This document shows, one piece after another, positions 37,201-52,200 of a DNA stretch of 64,000 nucleotides. The stretch comes from Eledone cirrhosa (taxonomy: Eukaryota). The notes beneath the pieces were generated by a model, which was given only the letters and a program-made list of their open reading frames with translations, was not told where the DNA came from and made no database searches. Made by a program: the position numbers and the translations under genes. The stretch lies in contig OZ024741.1 of NCBI GenBank assembly GCA_964016885.1, positions 219,356,001 to 219,420,000 on the forward strand, read 5' to 3'. How positions within the stretch are numbered: the stretch's first letter is position 1; each line of letters opens with the position of its first letter.

Positions 37201-40200
37201 TGGTGGTGGTCACTATATATAATGTTCTACCTCCCCCCTCCATCTGTGCTGGTGGTCACTATATATAATGTTCTACCTCCCCCCTTCATCTGTGTGGTGG
37301 TCACTATATATAATGTTCTATATTTCTACCTCCCCCTCCATCTGTTCTGGTGGTCACTATATATAATGTTCTATATTTCCACCTCCCCCTCCATCTGTGG
37401 TGGTGGTCACTATATATAATGTTCTATATTTCTACCTCCCCCTCCATCTGTTCTGGTGGTCACTATATATAATGTTCTATATTCCTACCTCCCCCTCCAT
37501 CTGTGGTGGTGGTCAATATATATAATGTTCTATATTTCTACCTCCCCCTCCATCTGTGGTGGTGGTCACTATATATAATGTTCTATATTTCTACCTCCTC
37601 CTCCATCTGTGGTGGTGGTCAATATATATAATGTTCTATATTTCTACCTCCCCCTCCATCTGTGGTGGTGGTCACTATATATAATGTTCTATATTTCTAC
37701 CTCCCCCTCCATCTGTGGTGGTGGTCACTATATATAATGTTCTATATTTCTACCTCCCCCTCCATCTGTGGTGGTGGTCACTATATATAATGTTCTATAT
37801 TTCTACCTCCCCCCTTCATCTGTGGTGGTAGTCACTATATATAATGTTCTATATTTCTACCTCCCCCACCATCTGTGGTGGTGGTCACTATATATAATGT
37901 TCTATATTTCTACCTCCCCCCTCCATCTGTGGTGGTGGTCACTATATATAATGTTCTATATTTCTACCTCCCCCTCCATCTGTGGTGGTGGTCACTATAT
38001 ATAATGTTCTATATTTCTACCTCCCCCTCCATATGTGGTGGTGGTCACTATATATAATGTTCTATATTTCTACCTCCCCCTCCATCTGTGGTGGTGGTCA
38101 CTATATATAATGTTCTATATTTCTACCTCCCCCCTTCATCTGTGGTGGTAGTCACTATATATAATGTTCTATATTTCTACCTCCCCCACCATCTGTGGTG
38201 GTGGTCACTATATATAATGTTCTATATTTCTACCTCCCCCTCCATCTGTGGTGGTGGTAACTATATATAATGTTCTATATTTCTACCTCCCCCACCATCT
38301 GTGGTGGTGGTCACTATATATAATGTTCTATATTTCTACCTCCCCCTCCATCTGTGGTGGTGGTCACTATATATAATGTTCTATATTTCTACCTCCCCCT
38401 CCATCTGTGGTGGTGGTCACTATATATAATGTTCTATATTTCTACCTGCCCCCTTCATCTGTGGTGGTGGTCACTATATATAATGTTCTATATTTCTACC
38501 TCCCCCACCATCTGTGGTGGTGGTCACTATATATAATGTTCTATATTTCTACCTCCCCCCTCCATATGTGGTGGTGGTCACTATATATAATGTTCTATAT
38601 TTCTACCTCCCCCTCCATATGTGGGGGCATTCACTATATATAATGTTCTATATTTCTACCTCCCCCTCCATCTGTGGTGGTGGTCACTATATATAATGTT
38701 CTATATTTCTACCTCCCCCCTTTATCTGTGTGGTGGTCACTATATATAATGTTCTATAGTTCTACCCCCCCCCCTCCATATGTGGTGGTGGTCACTATAT
38801 ATAATGTTCTATATTTCTACCTTCCCACTCCATCTGTGGTGGTGGTCACTATATATAAAGTTCTATATTTCTACCTCCCCCTCCATATGTGGTGGTGTTC
38901 ACTATATATAAAGTTCTATATTTCTACCTCCCCCTCCATCTGGTAGTGGTCACTCTATATAATGTTCTATATTTCTACCTCCCCTCCATCTGTGGTGGTG
39001 GTCACTATATATAATGTTCTATATTTCAACCTCCCCCTCCATATGTGGTGGTGGTCCCTATATATAATGTTCTATATTTCTACCTGCCCCTCCATCTGTT
39101 CTGGTGGTCACTATATATAATGTTCTATATTTCTACCTCCCCCTCCATCTGTGGTGGTGGTCACTATATATAATGTTCTATATTTCTACCTCCCCCTCCA
39201 TATGTGGTGGTGGTCACTATATATAATGTTCTATATTTCTACCTCGCCCCTCCATATGTGGTGGTGGTCCCTATATATAATGTTCTATATTTCTACCTCC
39301 CCTCCATATGTGGTTGTGGTCACTATATATAATGTTCTATATTTCTACCTCCCCCCTCCATCTGTGGTGGTGGTCACTATATATAATGTTCTATATTTCT
39401 ACCTCCCCTCCATATGTGGTTGTGGTCACTATATATAATGTTCTATATTTCTACCTCCCCTCCATCTGTGGTGGTGGTCACTATATATAATGTTCTATAG
39501 TTCTACCCCCCCCCTCCATCTGTTCTGGTGGTCACTATATATAATGTTCTATATTTCTACCTCCCCTCCATATGTGGTGGTGGTCACTATATATAATTTT
39601 CTATATTTCTACCTCCCCCCTCCATCTGTGGTGGTGGTCACTATATATAATGCTCAGTATTTCTACCTCCCCCTCCATATGTGCTGGTGGTCACTATATA
39701 TAATGTTCTATATTTCTACCTCCCCTCCTCCATCTGTGGTGGTGGCCCCTATATATAATGTTCTATATTTCTACCTCCCCCTCCATATGTGGTGTGTGGT
39801 CACTATATATAATGTTCTATATTTCTACCTCCCCCCTCCATCTGTGGTGGTGGTCCCTATATATAATGTACTATATTTCTACCTCCCCTCCTCCATCTGT
39901 GGTGGTGGTCCCTATATATAATGTTCTATATTTCTACCTCCCCTCCTCCATCTGTGGTGGTGGTCCCTATATATAATGTTCTATATTTCTACCTCCCCCC
40001 TCCATCTGTGGTGGTGGTCACTATATTTAATGTTCTATATTTCTACCTCCCCCTCCATATGTGGTGGTGGTCACTATATATAATGTTCCATATTTCTACC
40101 TCCCCCCTCCATCTGTGGTGGTGGTCACTATATATAATGTTCTATATTTCTACCTCCCCCTCCATATGTGGTGTGTGGTCACTATATATAATGTTCTATA

Positions 40201-43200
40201 TTTCTACCTCCCCCCTACATCTGTGGTGGTGGTCACTATGTATAATGTTCTATATTTCTACTTCCCCCTCCATCTGTGGTGGTGGTCACTATATATAATT
40301 TTCTATATTTCTATCTCCCCCCTCCATCTGTGGTGGTGGTCACTATATATAATGTTCTATATTTCTACCTCCCCCCTCCATCTGTGGTGGTGGTCACTAT
40401 ATATAATGTTCTATATTTCTACCTCCCCCTCCATATGTGGTTGTGGTGACTATATATAATGTTCTATATTCCTACCTCCCCCTCCATCTGTGGTCACTAT
40501 ATATAATGTTCTACCTCCCCCTTCCATCTGTGGTGGTGGTCACTATATATAATGTTCTATAGTTCTACCCCCCCTCCATATGTAGTGGTGGTCACTATAT
40601 ATAATGTTCTATATTTCTACCTCCCCCTACATATGTGGTGGTGGTCACTATATATAATGTTCTATATTTCTACCTCCCCCTCCATATGTGCTGGTGGTCC
40701 CTATATATAATGTTCTATATTTCTACCTCCCCCTCCATATGTGGTGGTGGTCACTATATATAATGTTCTATATTTCTACCTCCCCCTCCATATGTGCTGG
40801 TGGTCACTATATATAATGTTCTATATTTCTACCTCCCCCTCCATATGTGGTGGTGGTCACTATATATAATGTTCTATATTTCTACCTCCCCCTCCATCTG
40901 TGCTGGTGGTCACTATATATAATGTTCTATATTTCTACCTCCCCCTCCATATGTGCTGGTGGTCACTATATATAATGTTCTATATTTCTACCTCCCCCTC
41001 CATATGTGGTGGTGGTCACTATATATAATGTTCTATATTCCTACCTCCCCCTCCATCTGTGGTCACTATATATAATGTTCTACCTCCCCCTCCATCTGTG
41101 GTCACTATATATAATGTTCTACCTCCCCCTTCCATCTGTGGTGGTGGTCACTATATATAATGTTCTACCTCCCCCCTCCATCTGTGGTGGTGGTCACTAT
41201 ATATAATGTTCTATATTCCTACCTCCCCCTCCATCTGTGGTGGTGGTCACTATATATAATGTTCTACCTCCCCCCTCCATCTGTGCTGGTGGTCACTATA
41301 TATAATGTTCTACCTCCCCCCTTCATCTGTGTGGTGATCACTATATATAATGTTCTATATTTCTACCTCCCCCTCCATCTGTGGTGGTGGTCACTATATA
41401 TAATGTTCTATATTTCTACCTCCTCCTCCATCTGTGGTAGTGGTCAATATATATAATGTTCTATATTTCTACCTCCTCCTCCATCTGTGGTAGTGGTCAA
41501 TATATATAATGTTCTATATTTCTACCTCCCCCTCCATCTGTGGTGGTGGTCACTATATATAATGTTCTATATTTCTACCTCCCCCTCCATCTGTGGTGGT
41601 GGTCAATATATATAATGTTCTATATTTCTACCTCCCCCTCCATCTGTGGTGGTGGTCACTATATATAATGTTCTTTATTTCAACCTCCCCCTCCATCTGT
41701 GGTGGTGGTCACTATATATAATGTTCTATATTTCTACCTCCCCCACCATCTGTGGTGGTGGTCACTATATATAATGTTCTATATTTCTACCTCCCCTCTT
41801 CATCTGTGGTGGTGGTCACTATATATAATGTTCTATATTTCTACCTCCCCCTCCATCTGTGGTGGTGGTCACTATATATAATGTTCTATATTTCTACCTC
41901 CCCCTCCATCTGTGGTGGTGGTCACTATATATAATGTTCTATATTTCTACCTCCCCCCTTCATCTGTGGTGGTGGTCACTATATATAATGTTCTATATTT
42001 CTACCTCCCCCACCATCTGTGGTGGTGGTCACTATATATAATGTTCTATATTTCTACCTCCCCCTCCATCTGTGGTGGTGGTCACTATATATAATGTTCT
42101 ATATTTCTACCTCCCCCTCCATCTGTGGTGGTGGTCACTATATATAATGTTCTATATTTCTACCTCCCCCCTTCATCTGTGGTGGTGGTCACTATATATA
42201 ATGTTCTATATTTCTACCTCCCCCACCATCTGTGGTGGTGGTCACTATATATAATGTTCTATATTTCTACCTCCCCCCTCCATCTGTGGTGGTGGTCACT
42301 ATATATAATGTTCTATATTCCTACCTCCCCCCTCCATCTGTGGTGGTGGTCACTATATATAATATTCTATATTTCTACCTCCCCCCCATATGTGGTGGTG
42401 GTCACTATATATAATGTTCTATATTTCTACCTCCCCCCTTCATCTGTGGTGGTGGTCACTATATATAATGTTCTATATTTCTACCTCCCCCTCCATATGT
42501 GGTGGTGGTCACTATATATAATGTTCTATATTTCTACCTCCCCCTCCATATGTGGTGGCGTTCACTATATATAATGTTCTATATTTCTACCCCCCCCCCC
42601 TCCATATGTGGTGGTGGTCACTATATATAATGTTCTATATTTATACCTTCCCCCTCTATCTGTGGTGGTGGTCACTATATATAAAGTTCTATATTTCTAC
42701 CTCCCCCTCCATCTGGTAGTGGTCACTATATATAGTGTTCTATATTTCTACCTCCCCTCCATCTGTGGTGGTGGTCACTATATATAATGTTCTATATTTC
42801 TACCTCCCCCTCCATATGTGGTGGTGGTCCCTATATATAATGTTCTATATTTCTACCTGCCCCTCCATCTGTTCTGGTGGTCACTATATATAATGTTCTA
42901 TATTTCTACCTCCCCCTCCATCTGTGGTGGTGGTCACTATATATAATGTTCTATATTTCTACCTCCCCTCCATATGTGGTGGTGGTCACTATATATAATG
43001 TTCTATATTTCTACCTCCCCTCCATCTGTGGTGGTGGTCACTATATATAATGTTCTATAGTTCTACCCCCCCCTCCATATGTGGTGGTGGTCACTATATA
43101 TAATTTTCTATATTTCTACCTCCCCCCTCCATCTGTGGTGCTGGTCACTATATATAATGCTCAGTATTTCTACCTCCCCCTCCATATGTGCTGGTGGTCA

Positions 43201-46200
43201 CTATATATAATGTTCTATATTTCTACCTCCCCTCCTCCATCTGTGGTGGTGGCCCCTATATATAATGTTCTATATTTCTACCTCCCCCTCCATATGTGGT
43301 GTGTGGTCACTATATATAATGTTCTATATTTCTACCTCCCTCCTCCATCTGTGGTGGTGGTCCCTATATATAATGTTCTATATTTCTACCTCCCCTCCTC
43401 CATCTGTGGTGGTGGTCCCTATATATAATGTTCTATATTTCTACCTCCCCTCCTCCATCTGTGGTGGTGGTCCCTATATATAATGTTCTATATTTCTACC
43501 TCACCCTCCATCTGTGGTGGTGGTCACTATATATAATGTTCTATATTTCTACCTCCCCCCTCCATCTGTGGTGGTGGTCACTATATATAATGTTCTATAT
43601 TTCTACCACCCCCTCCATATGTGGTGGTGGTCACTATATATAATGTTCCATATTTCTACCTCCCCCCTCCATCTGTGGTGGTGGTCACTATATATAATGT
43701 TCTATATTTCTACCTCCCCCTCCATATGTGGTGTGTGGTCACTATATATAATGTTCTATATTTCTACCTCCCCCCTACATCTGTGGTGGTGGTCACTATA
43801 TATAATGTTCTATATTTCTACTTCCCCCTCCATCTGTGGTGGTGGTCACTATATATAATTTTCTATATTTCTACCTCCCCCCTCCATCTGTGGTGGTGGT
43901 CACTATATATAATGTTCTATATTTCTACCTCCCCCCTCCATCTGTGGTGGTGGTCACTATATATAATGTTCTATATTTCTACTTCCCCCTCCATCTGTGG
44001 TGGTGGTCACTATATATAATGTTCTATATTTCTACCTCCCCTCCTCCATCTGTGGTGGTGGTCACTATATATAATTTTCTATATTTCTACCTCCCCCTCC
44101 ATCTGTGGTGGTGGTCACTATATATAATGTTCTATAATTCTACCTCCCCCCTCCATCTGTTCTGGTGGTCACTATATGTAATGTTCTATATTTCTACCTC
44201 CCCCCTCCATATGTGCTGGTGGTCACTGTATATAATGTTCTATATTTCTACCCCCCCCCTCCATATGTGGTGGTGGTCACTATATATAATGTTCTATATT
44301 TCTACCTCCCCCTCCATATGTGGTGGTGGTCACTATATATAATGTTCTATATTTCTACCTCCCCCTCCATCTGTGCTGGTGGTCACTATATATAATGTTC
44401 TATATTCGTACCTCCCCCTCCATCTGTGGTGGTGGTCACTATATGTAATGTTCTACCTCCCCCTTCCATCTGTGCTGGTGGTCACTATATATAATGTTCT
44501 ATATTCCTACCTCCCCCTCCATCTGTGGTGGTGGTCACTATATATAATGTTCTAAATTTCTACCTCCCCCTCCATATGTGGTGGTGGTCACTATATATAA
44601 TGTTCTATTTTTCTACCTCCCCCTCCATATGTGGTGGTGGTCACTATATATAATGTTCTATATTTCTACCTCCCCCTCCATCTGTGCTGGTGGTCACTAT
44701 ATATAATGTTCTATATTCCTACCTCCCCCTCCATCTGTGGTGGTGGTCACTATATATAATGTTCTACCTCCCCCTTCCATCTGTGCTGGTGGTCACTATA
44801 TATAATGTTCTATATTCCTACCTCCCCCTCCATATGTGGTGGTGGTCACTATATATAAAGTTCTATATTTCTACCTCCCCCTCCATATGTGGTGGTGGTC
44901 ACTATATATAATGTTCTATATTTCTACCTCCCCCTCCATATGTGGTGGTGGTCACTATATATAATGTTCCATATTTCTACCTCCCCCCTCCATCTGTGGT
45001 GGTGGTCACTATATATAATGTTCTATATTTCTACCTCCCCCCTCCATCTGTGGTGGTGGTCACTATATATAATGTTCTATATTTCTACCTCCCCCCTCCA
45101 TCTGTGGTGGTGGTCACTATATATAATGTTCTATATTTCTACTTCCCCCTCCATCTGTGGTGGTGGTCACTATATATAATGTTCTATATTTCTACCTCCC
45201 CTCCTCCATCTGTGGTGGTGGTCACTATATATAATGTTCTATATTTCTACCTCCCCCTCCATCTGTGGTGGTGGTCACTATATATAATGTTCTATATTTC
45301 TACCTCCCCCCTCCATCTGTTCTGGTGGTCACTATATATAATGTTCTATATTTCTACCTCCCCCCTCCATATGTGCTGGTGGTCACTGTATATAATGTTC
45401 TACATTTCTAACCCCCCCCCCCTCCATATGTGGTGGTGGTCACTATATATAATGTTCTATATTTCTACCTCCCCCTCCATATGTGGTGGTGGTCACTATA
45501 TATAATGTTCTATATTTCTACCTCCCCCTCCATCTGTGCTGGTGGTCACTATATATAATGTTCTATATTCCTACCTCCCCCTCCATCTGTGGTGGTGGTC
45601 ACTATATATAATGTTCTACCTCCCCCTTCCATCTGTGCTGGTGGTCACTATATATAATGTTCTATATTCCTACCTCCCCCTCCATCTGTGGTGGTGGTCA
45701 CTATATATAATGTTCTAAATTTCTACCTCCCCCTCCATATGTGGTGGTGGTCACTATATATAATGTTCTATATTTCTAACTCCCCCTCCATATGTGGTGG
45801 TGGTCACTATATATAATGTTCTATATTTCTACCTCCCCCTCCATCTGTGCTGGTGGTCACTATATATAATGTTCTATATTCCTACCTCCCCCTCCATCTG
45901 TGGTGGTGGTCACTATATATAATGTTCTACCTCCCCCTTCCATCTGTGCTGGTGGTCACTATATATAATGTTCTATATTCCTACCTCCCCCTCCATATGT
46001 GGTGGTGGTCACTATATATAATGTTCTATATTTCTACCTCCCCCTCCATATGTGGTGGTGGTCACTATATATAATGTTCTATATTTCTACCTCCCCCTCC
46101 ATCTGTGCTGGTGGTCACTATATATAATGTTCTATATTCCTACCTCCCCCTCCATCTGTGGTGGTGGTCACTATATATAATGTTCTACCTCCCCCTCCAT

Positions 46201-49200
46201 CTGTGCTGGTGGTCACTATATATAATGTTCTATATTCCTACCTCCCCCTCCATCTGTGGTGGTGGTCACTATATATAATGTTCTACCTCCCCCTTCCATC
46301 TGTGCTGGTGGTCACTATATATAATGTTCTATATTCCTACCTCCCCCTCCATCTGTGGTGGTGGTCATTATATATAATGTTCTACCTCCCCCCTCCATCT
46401 GTGGTGGTGGTCACTATATATAATGTTCTATATTCCTACCTCCCCCTCCATCTGTGGTGGTGGTCACTATATATAATGTTCTACCTCCCCCCTCCATCTG
46501 TGCTGGTGGTCACTATATATAATGTTCTACCTCCCCCCTTCATCTGTGTGGTGGTCACTATATATAATCTTCTATATTTCTACCTCCCCCTCCATCTGTG
46601 GTGGTGGTCACTATATATAATGTTCTATATTTCCACCTCCCCCTCCATCTGTGGTGGTGGTCACTATATATAATGTTCTATATTTCTACCTCCCCTCCAT
46701 CTGTGGTGGTGGTCACTATATATAATGTTCTATATTTCTACCTCCCCCTCCATATGTGCTGGTGGTCACTGTATATAATGTTCTATATTTCTACCTCCCC
46801 CTCCATATGTGCTGGTGGTCACTGTATATAATGTTCTATATTTCTACCCCCCCCTCCATCTGTGGTGGTGGTCACTATATATAATGTTCTATATTTCTAC
46901 CTCCCCCTCCATATGTGGTGGTGGTCACTATATATAATGTTCTATATTTCTACCTCCCCCTCCATATGTGGTGGTGGTCACTATATATAATGTTCTATAT
47001 TTCTACCTCCCCCCATATGTGGTGGTGGTCACTATATATAATGTTCTATATTTCTACCTCCCCCTCCATATGTGCTGGTGGTCACTGTATATAATGTTCT
47101 ATATTTCTACACCCCCCTCCATCTGTGGTGGTGGTCACTATATATAATGTTCTATATTTCTACCTCCCCCTCCATATGTGGTGGTGGTCACTATATATAA
47201 TGTTCTATATTTCTACCTCCCCCTCCATATGTGGTGGTGGTCACTATATATAATGTTCTACATTTCTACCTCCCTCTCCATCTGTGCTGGTGGTCACTAT
47301 ATATAATGTTCTATATTCCTACCTCCCCCTCCATCTGTGGTGGTGGTCACTATATATAATGTTCTATATTCCTACCTCCCCCTCCATCTGTGGTGGTGGT
47401 CACTATATATAATGTTCTACCTCCCCCTTCCATCTGTGCTGGTGGTCACTATATATAATGTTTTATATTCCTACCTCCCTCCATCTGTGGTGGTGGTCAT
47501 TATATATAATGTTCTACCTCCCCCCTCCATCTGTGGTGGTGGTCACTATATATAATGTTCTATATTCCTACCTCCCCCTCCATCTGTGGTGGTGGTCACT
47601 ATATATAATGTTCTACCTCCCCCTCCATCTGTGCTGGTGGTCACTATATATAATGTTCTATATTCCTACCTCCCCCTCCATCTGTGGTGGTGGTCACTAT
47701 ATATAATGTTCTACCTCCCCCTTCCATCTGTGCTGGTGGTCACTATATATAATGTTCTATATTCCTACCTCCCCCTCCATCTGTGGTGGTGGTCATTATA
47801 TATAATGTTCTACCTCCCCCCTCCATCTGTGGTGGTGGTCACTATATATAATGTTCTACATTCCTACCTCCCCCTCCATCTGTGGTGGTGGTCACTATAT
47901 ATAATGTTCTACCTCCCCCCTCCATCTGTGCTGGTGGTCACTATATATAATGTTCTACCTCCCCCCTTCATCTGTGTGGTGGTCACTATATATAATCTTC
48001 TATATTTCTACCTCCCCCTCCATCTGTGGTGGTGGTCACTATATATAATGTTCTATATTTCCACCTCCCCCTCCATCTGTGGTGGTGGTCACTATATATA
48101 ATGTTCTATATTTCTACCTCCCCTCCATCTGTGGTGGTGGTCACTATATATAATGTTCTATATTTCTACCTCCCCCTCCATATGTGCTGGTGGTCACTGT
48201 ATATAATGTTCTATATTTCTACCTCCCCCTCCATATGTGCTGGTGGTCACTGTATATAATGTTCTATATTTCTACCCCCCCCTCCATCTGTGGTGGTGGT
48301 CACTATATATAATGTTCTATATTTCTACCTCCCCCTCCATATGTGGTGGTGGTCACTATATATAATGTTCTATATTTCTACCTCCCCCTCCATATGTGGT
48401 GGTGGTCACTATATATAATGTTCTATATTTCTACCTCCCCCCATATGTGGTGGTGGTCACTATATATAATGTTCTATATTTCTACCTCCCCCTCCATATG
48501 TGCTGGTGGTCACTGTATATAATGTTCTATATTTCTACACCCCCCTCCATCTGTGGTGGTGGTCACTATATATAATGTTCTATATTTCTACCTCCCCCTC
48601 CATATGTGGTGGTGGTCACTATATATAATGTTCTATATTTCTACCTCCCCCTCCATATGTGGTGGTGGTCACTATATATAATGTTCTATATTTCTACCTC
48701 CCTCTCCATCTGTGCTGGTGGTCACTATATATAATGTTCTATATTCCTACCTCCCCCTCCATCTGTGGTGGTGGTCACTATATATAATGTTCTATATTCC
48801 TACCTCCCCCTCCATCTGTGGTGGTGGTCACTATATATAATGTTCTACCTCCCCCTTCCATCTGTGCTGGTGGTCACTATATATAATGTTCTATATTCCT
48901 ACCTCCCCCTCCATCTGTGGTGGTGGTCATTATATATAATGTTCTACCTCCCCCTCCATATGTGCTGGTGGTCACTGTATATAATGTTCTATATTTCTAC
49001 ACCCCCCTCCATCTGTGGTGGTGGTCACTATATATAATGTTCTATATTTCTACCTCCCCTCCTCCATCTGTGGTGGTGACCCCTATATATAATGTTCTAT
49101 ATTTCTACCTCCCCCTCCATATGTGGTGTGTGGTCACTATATATAATGTTCTATATTTCTACCTCCCCCCTCCATCTGTGGTGGTGGTCCCTATATATAA

Positions 49201-52200
49201 TGTTCTATATTTCTACCTCCCCTCCTCCATCTGTGGTGGTGGTCACTATATATAATGTTCTATATTTCTACCTCCCCCCTCCATCTGTGGTGGTGGTCAC
49301 TATATATAATGTTCTATATTTCTACCTCCCCCTCCATATGTGGTGGTGGTCACTATATATAATGTTCTATATTCCTACCTCCCCCTCCATCTGTGGTGGT
49401 GGTCATTATATATAATGTTCTACCTCCCCCCTCCATCTGTGGTGGTGGTCACTATATATAATGTTCTATATTCCTACCTCCCCCTCCATCTGTGGTGGTG
49501 GTCACTATATATAATGTTCTACCTCCCCCCTCCATCTGTGCTGGTGGTCACTATATATAATGTTCTACCTCCCCCCTTCATCTGTGTGGTGGTCACTATA
49601 TATAGTGTTCTATATTTCTACCTCCCCTCCTCCATCTGTGGTGGTGGCCCCTATATATAATGTTCTATATTTCTACCTCCCCTCCTCCATCTGTGGTGGT
49701 GGTCACTATATATAATGTTCTATATTCCTACCTCCCTCTCCATATGTGGTGGTGGTCACTATATATAATGTTCTATATTTCTACCTCCCCCTCCATATGT
49801 GGTGGTGGTCACTATATATAATGTTCTATATTTCTACCTCCCCCTCCATCTGTGCTGGTGGTCACTATATATAATGTTCTATATTCCTACCTCCCCCTCC
49901 ATCTGTGGTGGTGGTCACTATATATAATGTTCTACCTCCCCCTCCATCTGTGCTGGTGGTCACTATATATAATGTTCTATATTCCTACCTCCCCCTCCAT
50001 CTGTGGTGGTGGTCACTATATATAATGTTCTACCTCCCCCTTCCATCTGTGCTGGTGGTCACTATATATAATCTTCTATATTTCTACCTCCCCCTCCATC
50101 TGTGGTGGTGGTCACTATATATAATGTTCTATATTTCCACCTCCCCCTCCATCTGTGGTGGTGGTCACTATATATAATGTTCTATATTTCTACCTCCCCT
50201 CCATCTGTGGTGGTGGTCACTATATATAATGTTCTATGTTTTCTACCTCCCCCTCCATCTGTGGTGGTGGTCACTATATATAATGTTCTACCTCCCCCTT
50301 CCATCTGTGCTGGTGGTCACTATATATAATGTTCTATATTCCTACCTCCCCCTCCATCTGTGGTGGTGGTCACTATATATAATGTTCTAAATTTCTACCT
50401 CCCCCTCCATATGTGGTGGTGGTCACTATATATAATGTTCTATATTTCTACCTCCCCCTCCATATGTGGTGGTGGTCACTATATATAATGTTCTATATTT
50501 CTACCTCCCCCTCCATCTGTGCTGGTGGTCACTATATATAATGTTCTATATTCCTACCTCCCCCTCCATCTGTGGTGGTGGTCACTATATATAATGTTCT
50601 ATATTCCTACCTCCCCCTCCATATGTGGTGGTGGTCACTATATATAATGTTCTATATTTCTACCTCCCCCTCCATATGTGGTGGTGGTCACTATATATAA
50701 CGTTCTATATTTCTACCTCCCCCTCCATATGTGGTGGTGGTCACTATATATAATGTTCTATATTTCTACCTCCCCCTCCATATGTGGTGGTGGTCACTAT
50801 ATATAATGTTCTATATTTCTACCTCCCCCTCCATCTGTGCTGGTGGTCACTATATATAATGTTCTATATTCCTACCTCCCCCTCCATCTGTGGTGGTGGT
50901 CACTATATATAATGTTCTATATTCCTACCTCCCCCTCCATCTGTGGTGGTGGTCACTATATATAATGTTCTACCTCCCCCTTCCATCTGTGCTGGTGGTC
51001 ACTATATATAATGTTCTATATTCCTACCTCCCCCTCCATCTGTGGTGGTGGTCATTATATATAATGTTCTACCTCCCCCCTCCATCTGTGGTGGTGGTCA
51101 CTATATATAATGTTCTATATTCCTACCTCCCCCTCCATCTGTGGTGGTGGTCACTATATATAATGTTCTACCTCCCCCCTCCATCTGTGCTGGTGGTCAC
51201 TATATATAATGTTCTACCTCCCCCCTTCATCTGTGTGGTGGTCACTATATATAATGTTCTATATTTCTACCTCCCCTCCTCCATCTGTGGTGGTGGCCCC
51301 TATATATAATGTTCTATATTTCTACCTCCCCCTCCACATGTGGTGTGTGGTCACTATATATAATGTTCTATATTTCTACCTCCCCCCTCCATCTGTGGTG
51401 GTGGTCCCTATATATAATGTTCTATATTTCTACCTCCCCTCCTCCATCTGTGGTGGTGGTCACTATATATAATGTTCTATATTTCTACCTCCCCCCTCCA
51501 TCTGTGGTGGTGGTCACTATATATAATGTTCTATATTTCTACCTCCCCCTCCATATGTGGTGGTGGTCACTATATATAATGTTCTATATTCCTACCTCCC
51601 CCTCCATCTGTGGTGGTGGTCATTATATATAATGTTCTACCTCCCCCCTCCATCTGTGGTGGTGGTCACTATATATAATGTTCTATATTCCTACCTCCCC
51701 CTCCATCTGTGGTGGTGGTCACTATATATAATGTTCTACCTCCCCCCTCCATCTGTGCTGGTGGTCACTATATATAATGTTCTACCTCCCCCCTTCATCT
51801 GTGTGGTGGTCACTATATATAATCTTCTATATTTCTACCTCCCCCTCCATCTGTGGTGGTGGTCACTATATATAATGTTCTATATTTCCACCTCCCCCTC
51901 CATCTGTGGTGGTGGTCACTATATATAATGTTCTATATTTCTACCTCCCCTCCATCTGTGGTGGTGGTCACTATATATAATGTTCTATGTTTTCTACCTC
52001 CCCCTCCATCTGTGGTGGTGGTCACTATATATAATGTTCTATATTTCTACCTCCCCCCTACATCTGTGGTGGTGGTCCCTATATATAATGTTCTATATTT
52101 CTACCTCCCCCCTCCATCTGTGGTGGTGGTCACTATATATAATGTTCTATATTTCTACCTCCCCCCCATATGTGGTGGTGGTCACTATATATAATGTTCT